From assembly GCA_037969175.1 (NCBI GenBank), contig JBBKWX010000105.1, forward strand, positions 3,437 to 67,436: DNA of 64,000 nt, read 5' to 3'. The stretch's first letter is position 1. Every line of letters begins with the position of its first letter. Source of the DNA: Bacteroidia bacterium (GTDB taxonomy: Bacteria; Bacteroidota; Bacteroidia; AKYH767-A; JBBKVM01). The notes beneath the pieces were generated by a model that did no database searches, was not told where the DNA came from, and saw nothing but the letters and a program-made list of their open reading frames with translations. Shown in pieces: positions 60,379-64,000 of the stretch. Made by a program: the position numbers and the translations under genes.

Positions 60379-61257
60379 TCAATTTCTACTATCCTTACCC
60401 CACATTAGTTTTTCTCTGAGTGTACTTAAGAAATTTTGATTGTTGAGCCGGACCAGATTTAGCTCAAAAGGGGCTTTTCTGACAGCCATATGGACACTTG
60501 CGTCGATTGTAACAGATCTGCTGTCAAGTGCTGCAAGAAAATTACTGCTTCTACCTTCAACTTCCAGGGAGATCACATTTTTATCTGCAACAACGATAGG
60601 TCTCACATTCAGATTGTGTGGGGCAATGGGAGTGATAACAAAATCTGTAGATTGAGGAGCCACAATGGGCCCACCACAGCTCAGGCTATAGCCTGTGGAT
60701 CCTGTTGGAGTTGAAATTATCAGGCCATCAGCCCAATATGAATTGAGATACTCTCCATTCAAATACGCATGGATGGTTACCATTGAAGAGGTATCCTTTT
60801 TATGAATTGTCAATTCATTCAATGCATATCTATTCTCTCCGAAAATACCTTTATTGGTTTCGAGTTCTATAAGGCTCCTGTTATCTAATGAATAATGCCC
60901 CTTGATCAGGGATGAAATAGCTTCTAACGAACTCTCATGCGGAGTTGCAGCAAGGAATCCTAGCCTGCCTGTGTTTATTCCCATTACCGGAATGCCGGAA
61001 TCACGAACCAAACTGACGGTATCCAGTAAAGTTCCGTCTCCACCCAAACTAATCATAAAATCCACTTTTGATTTCAGGTCTTCATGGATTTTGAATGATT
61101 CCTTTATTGATATCGTTTTATCTCTACGACTTATATATTCAGCATAGGCATCATACATCGTAAATGTATGCCCCTCCTGGTTCAATTTTTCTATCAGAGC
61201 CGGGAGCATGGGAGGTAATTCCTTTGACGAGGCTCGTCCGTATATAGCGAAATGCAT
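60379..61257 (-). CDS. nadK: NAD+ kinase
   Basis: GGDGTLL motif and NAD kinase fold, 292 aa. Confidence 0.9.
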   Translation of the reverse strand: MHFAIYGRASSKELPPMLPALIEKLNQEGHTFTMYDAYAEYISRRDKTISIKESFKIHEDLKSKVDFMISLGGDGTLLDTVSLVRDSGIPVMGINTGRLGFLAATPHESSLEAISSLIKGHYSLDNRSLIELETNKGIFGENRYALNELTIHKKDTSSMVTIHAYLNGEYLNSYWADGLIISTPTGSTGYSLSCGGPIVAPQSTDFVITPIAPHNLNVRPIVVADKNVISLEVEGRSSNFLAALDSRSVTIDASVHMAVRKAPFELNLVRLNNQNFLSTLREKLMWGKDSRN

Positions 61258-61263
61258 ATGTTC

Positions 61264-62688
61264 TTAAATAGGAGCAGTAAAGTTGATAAAAAAGCCTCGT
61301 TCTCCCAACCTGTTTATGGAATATTCAAACCTCATTACCAAACTATAATATGTAACATAATCCAATCCTAATCCCCCTCCCAGCATAAATTCCTGATTAA
61401 ACCCATTTGAGTTCGGGATATAAAAATCTCTTGCCCAACCCATATCCGCGTGTAAATTAAGATACAATGTATTGGGGATATCATTAAACTGTTTAAAAGG
61501 GATGAAGCCCAAATGAACTACTTTTTTTGGTAAGATATTGAATCTAATGTTATTTCTATTCAAGATATAATCATTGGCTGCAATCACATAGGGTTCATAA
61601 CCTCTAACAAATGAATTTGAAAATCCAAGAAACCGGGTTTGGGAGAAAGGATTGACCAACTTAGAACCAACTCTTCCCCGAATACCACTTGCAATAAAGA
61701 ACTTCTTTCCCAGTGGTTTGTAGTAGCGGATAGATGAGCTAATATTAAAATGGTCAACATCATTGTTGAAAATGCCGTCTTTTTGAATTTTGAAGTCAGT
61801 ATAGTATCCTTCCAATGGATAATTCTTATCATCTCTGTGATCATCAGAATAAAAATAGCTGAGTGCGAGATATTGTTGATTCCCTGAAGAATTACTGTGA
61901 TACTGAGGATTTAATTTCAGAATCGTATCAGAAACATATTGGTCATGCGCTTCCAATTCAAGAATATGGTGTTCATAAAAACCAACTCTTCTTGAAAACT
62001 TTAAACTGATATCCAGCTGACGTTTCAGGAATTTATCATTATCCTTAAAATAGATCAATTCATTATTTTCCAAAGCATAAGCCATCTCATGATTTCGTCT
62101 GTATGTTAACGTAAACGCTAATCCATTTCTATAATTCTCATCAAGGTACGGTATTACATGCTGAAGCAACAAAGCCTGATCGAAGCCATATTTAAATCCG
62201 GAATTTAATGTCTCATTCCTCCCTCTGAAATTATTGACCTGAACAAATAAACCATATGATACCCTTGAGATATCTTTATCTTTCCACCATTCATTAAAAT
62301 TCCTTTCATTAATATCAAATATGGGACTTGGCCAGATATACCATCTTTCAACAAATTTAAAGGTCAGGTCAATTGTATGATCGTTGACATTGAGGTCAAA
62401 GTTTACGGAATTGAAAAGTTGTGTATTATTCAGGTTTCTAACAGATAATTCAAGCGCTGATAAGAGATCTGTTCCGACGTAAGCTGTATCAATTTTGACA
62501 GCCAACTCCCGATTCAAAAGAGGGACACGTGTGCGTTTATTTCCAACGAAGGCAATGCTTTTAATTATATAAAGTTCATCCCCTGAAATTGATGGGTGCT
62601 TGAGCGTATCGGAAGGTTGCGAAGCGTAGGTCTTAAAGCCGGGCAAGATGAGAACTACCAGAATTAATACTCTGAAAAGAATTGCCAT
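61264..62688 (-). CDS. Omp85-superfamily outer-membrane protein with a single POTRA-like domain
   Basis: Signal peptide, a POTRA-like block (IIKSIAFVGNKRTRVPLLNRELAVKIDTAYVGTDLLSALELSVRNLNNTQLFNSV), then a roughly 380-aa beta-barrel region. Confidence 0.5.
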   Translation of the reverse strand: MAILFRVLILVVLILPGFKTYASQPSDTLKHPSISGDELYIIKSIAFVGNKRTRVPLLNRELAVKIDTAYVGTDLLSALELSVRNLNNTQLFNSVNFDLNVNDHTIDLTFKFVERWYIWPSPIFDINERNFNEWWKDKDISRVSYGLFVQVNNFRGRNETLNSGFKYGFDQALLLQHVIPYLDENYRNGLAFTLTYRRNHEMAYALENNELIYFKDNDKFLKRQLDISLKFSRRVGFYEHHILELEAHDQYVSDTILKLNPQYHSNSSGNQQYLALSYFYSDDHRDDKNYPLEGYYTDFKIQKDGIFNNDVDHFNISSSIRYYKPLGKKFFIASGIRGRVGSKLVNPFSQTRFLGFSNSFVRGYEPYVIAANDYILNRNNIRFNILPKKVVHLGFIPFKQFNDIPNTLYLNLHADMGWARDFYIPNSNGFNQEFMLGGGLGLDYVTYYSLVMRFEYSINRLGERGFFINFTAPI

Positions 62689-62699
62689 CAGATGACCAA

Positions 62700-63362
62700 T
62701 CAGATATTCAAATAATTCATGAATGAATCGAATCGTTGTTTCATATCATCATTAAATTCACTCTGATGAAATGATGCTTTGACGTGATAATCATATCTAT
62801 AAAAAGAGGCAAGGATACGGGTCAGATCAGTTCTGTTAACCTTAAGAACAACTTCCAGTTTTGTTGAGTCAGGATGTGATGAAATAGCTGTACTTAAGAT
62901 CCTTGAATCATTGGATTCGACGATCTGTGCGATCTCTGAAAGTGAATAATCATTCTGATTCAGTTCTAAAACAATGACACCTCCCGGATCAGCCACAGAA
63001 GCAGTTTTTGAAATGCTATCAATGATATCTCCAAGAGTGATTATACCCAAATAATGATTCTCTTCATCCAGTACTGGAACTAGCGTCAGCTTAAGAGAGG
63101 AGACAAGTTTGAGAACTTCGTAAATATGCTGATTCTCGGTAACATAAGGTCGGAGTAAAGATAAACTATGATTACCCAAAGGTTCTTCGGGAGCATTCAG
63201 ATTAAGTATATCCTCATCAGTGATCAAACCCAAAAAATGCACATTGTTTACGATAGGCAAATGACTCACACGAAATTCTTCCATCCAACTCAGGGCTTTT
63301 AGTCCTGAATCCGAAGTTTTCAGAGGAGGGATCAAATCTTTTATAAGGTCTCTTGCCAGCAT
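62700..63362 (-). CDS. CBS-domain pair protein
   Basis: Two CBS motifs (HLPIVNN..., YLGIITLGDII). Confidence 0.7.
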   Translation of the reverse strand: MLARDLIKDLIPPLKTSDSGLKALSWMEEFRVSHLPIVNNVHFLGLITDEDILNLNAPEEPLGNHSLSLLRPYVTENQHIYEVLKLVSSLKLTLVPVLDEENHYLGIITLGDIIDSISKTASVADPGGVIVLELNQNDYSLSEIAQIVESNDSRILSTAISSHPDSTKLEVVLKVNRTDLTRILASFYRYDYHVKASFHQSEFNDDMKQRFDSFMNYLNI

Positions 63363-63480
63363 ATATCAATTGAACGCTTAAGTTTCATTTAAGTTATCAA
63401 TACAACAAACATAGAAAGAAAATGATAAATTCGCATCAATAACTACAGCATTATTACTTTTAGCCAAATCTGAAAATGCA

Positions 63481-63828
63481 ATGAGTTTTCATCTAAGGAA
63501 TAAAATGAGCAAAGCAGGTTGTGTCACCCGACTGCTTTTACTGGTTGTTATAACTGTAGGATTAGGATATTTATTTTTTGATAAAATCTATATTCCTGAC
63601 CAGACACCATTTCGTGAAAATGTAATTGAGAATGAATCACACATTCCATATAAAAAAACAGAGATCAATTCCCAGCAGGAACTTGACAGTTTAATTCGGG
63701 TTGCTAATATGTATTACGGGAATTCATATATAGACAGTATTTTGTTGCAAGAAAGTAATAATGCCAAGCTATTAAAGATCCGAATTCTTGTTAAGGATAA
63801 ACCATCTGTAGCGGTAAAACCAAATTAA
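63481..63828 (+). CDS. Hypothetical single-pass membrane protein
   Basis: N-terminal transmembrane segment, 115 aa, immediately upstream of pdxJ. Confidence 0.45.
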   Translation: MSFHLRNKMSKAGCVTRLLLLVVITVGLGYLFFDKIYIPDQTPFRENVIENESHIPYKKTEINSQQELDSLIRVANMYYGNSYIDSILLQESNNAKLLKIRILVKDKPSVAVKPN

Positions 63829-63832
63829 GAAA

Positions 63833-64000
63833 ATGGAGCGCCACAATTGTAAATTGAGTGTTAATATTAATAAGGTTGCAACTTTGAGGAATGCTCGTGG
63901 TGGGATGATTCCTGACCTGGTAAAATTTGCAATAGATTGCGAACGATTCGGAGCTGAAGGCATCACTGTTCACCCCAGACCAGATGAAAGGCATATTCGT
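63833..64000 (+). CDS. pdxJ: Pyridoxine 5'-phosphate synthase, 5' fragment truncated by the window end
   Basis: [24 protein letters not shown]...[14 protein letters not shown] matches the PdxJ N-terminus. It is not in the ORF track because no stop codon lies within the window. Confidence 0.8.
   Translation, partial: MERHNCKLSVNINKVATLRNARGGMIPDLVKFAIDCERFGAEGITVHPRPDERHIR

Overview
This looks like a low-GC Bacteroidota chromosome segment, about 36 % GC by eye, with gene order and signal-peptide styles typical of Flavobacteriia or Sphingobacteriia. It is densely packed with core housekeeping genes. Left to right: an arginase-fold gene, topA, miaB, a sensor-less sigma-54 activator, lptE, an acidic disordered protein, secG, groES-groEL, Fe-S cluster carrier genes (mrp, nifU), two secreted alpha/beta hydrolases (one with a T9SS C-terminal sorting domain), korAB 2-oxoacid:ferredoxin oxidoreductase, nadE, gldB-gldC, engB, then a complete division/cell-wall cluster (mraZ-rsmH-ftsL-ftsI-murE-mraY-murD-ftsW-murG-murC-ftsQ-ftsA-ftsZ plus a GatB/YqeY gene) ending at a strong terminator. 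Further right are trmB, a glycosyltransferase, two TonB-dependent receptors (one behind a clear cobalamin riboswitch), a CDF transporter, murI, and the conserved outer-membrane block skp-skp-bamA-uppS-DUF6089-DUF6089-nadK-(Omp85-like)-CBS-pdxJ, with pdxJ cut off at the window end. I found no CRISPR array, transposase, integrase, phage gene or recognisable defence system, so I cannot support a claim of a novel multi-gene system here; the window reads as core genome. The most interesting local signals are the cobalamin riboswitch on an orphan btuB, three 10-bp-phased GTGG(G/T) repeats upstream of mraZ (a candidate MraZ operator), a 500-aa hyper-acidic protein in a conserved slot, an alkyltransferase-like (Cys-to-Ala) MGMT-family protein, an arginase-fold protein with apparently degenerate metal ligands, a PspF-like stand-alone sigma-54 activator, and an extra single-POTRA Omp85 paralog near bamA. 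All calls come from reading the translations and sequence by eye; no searches were run.
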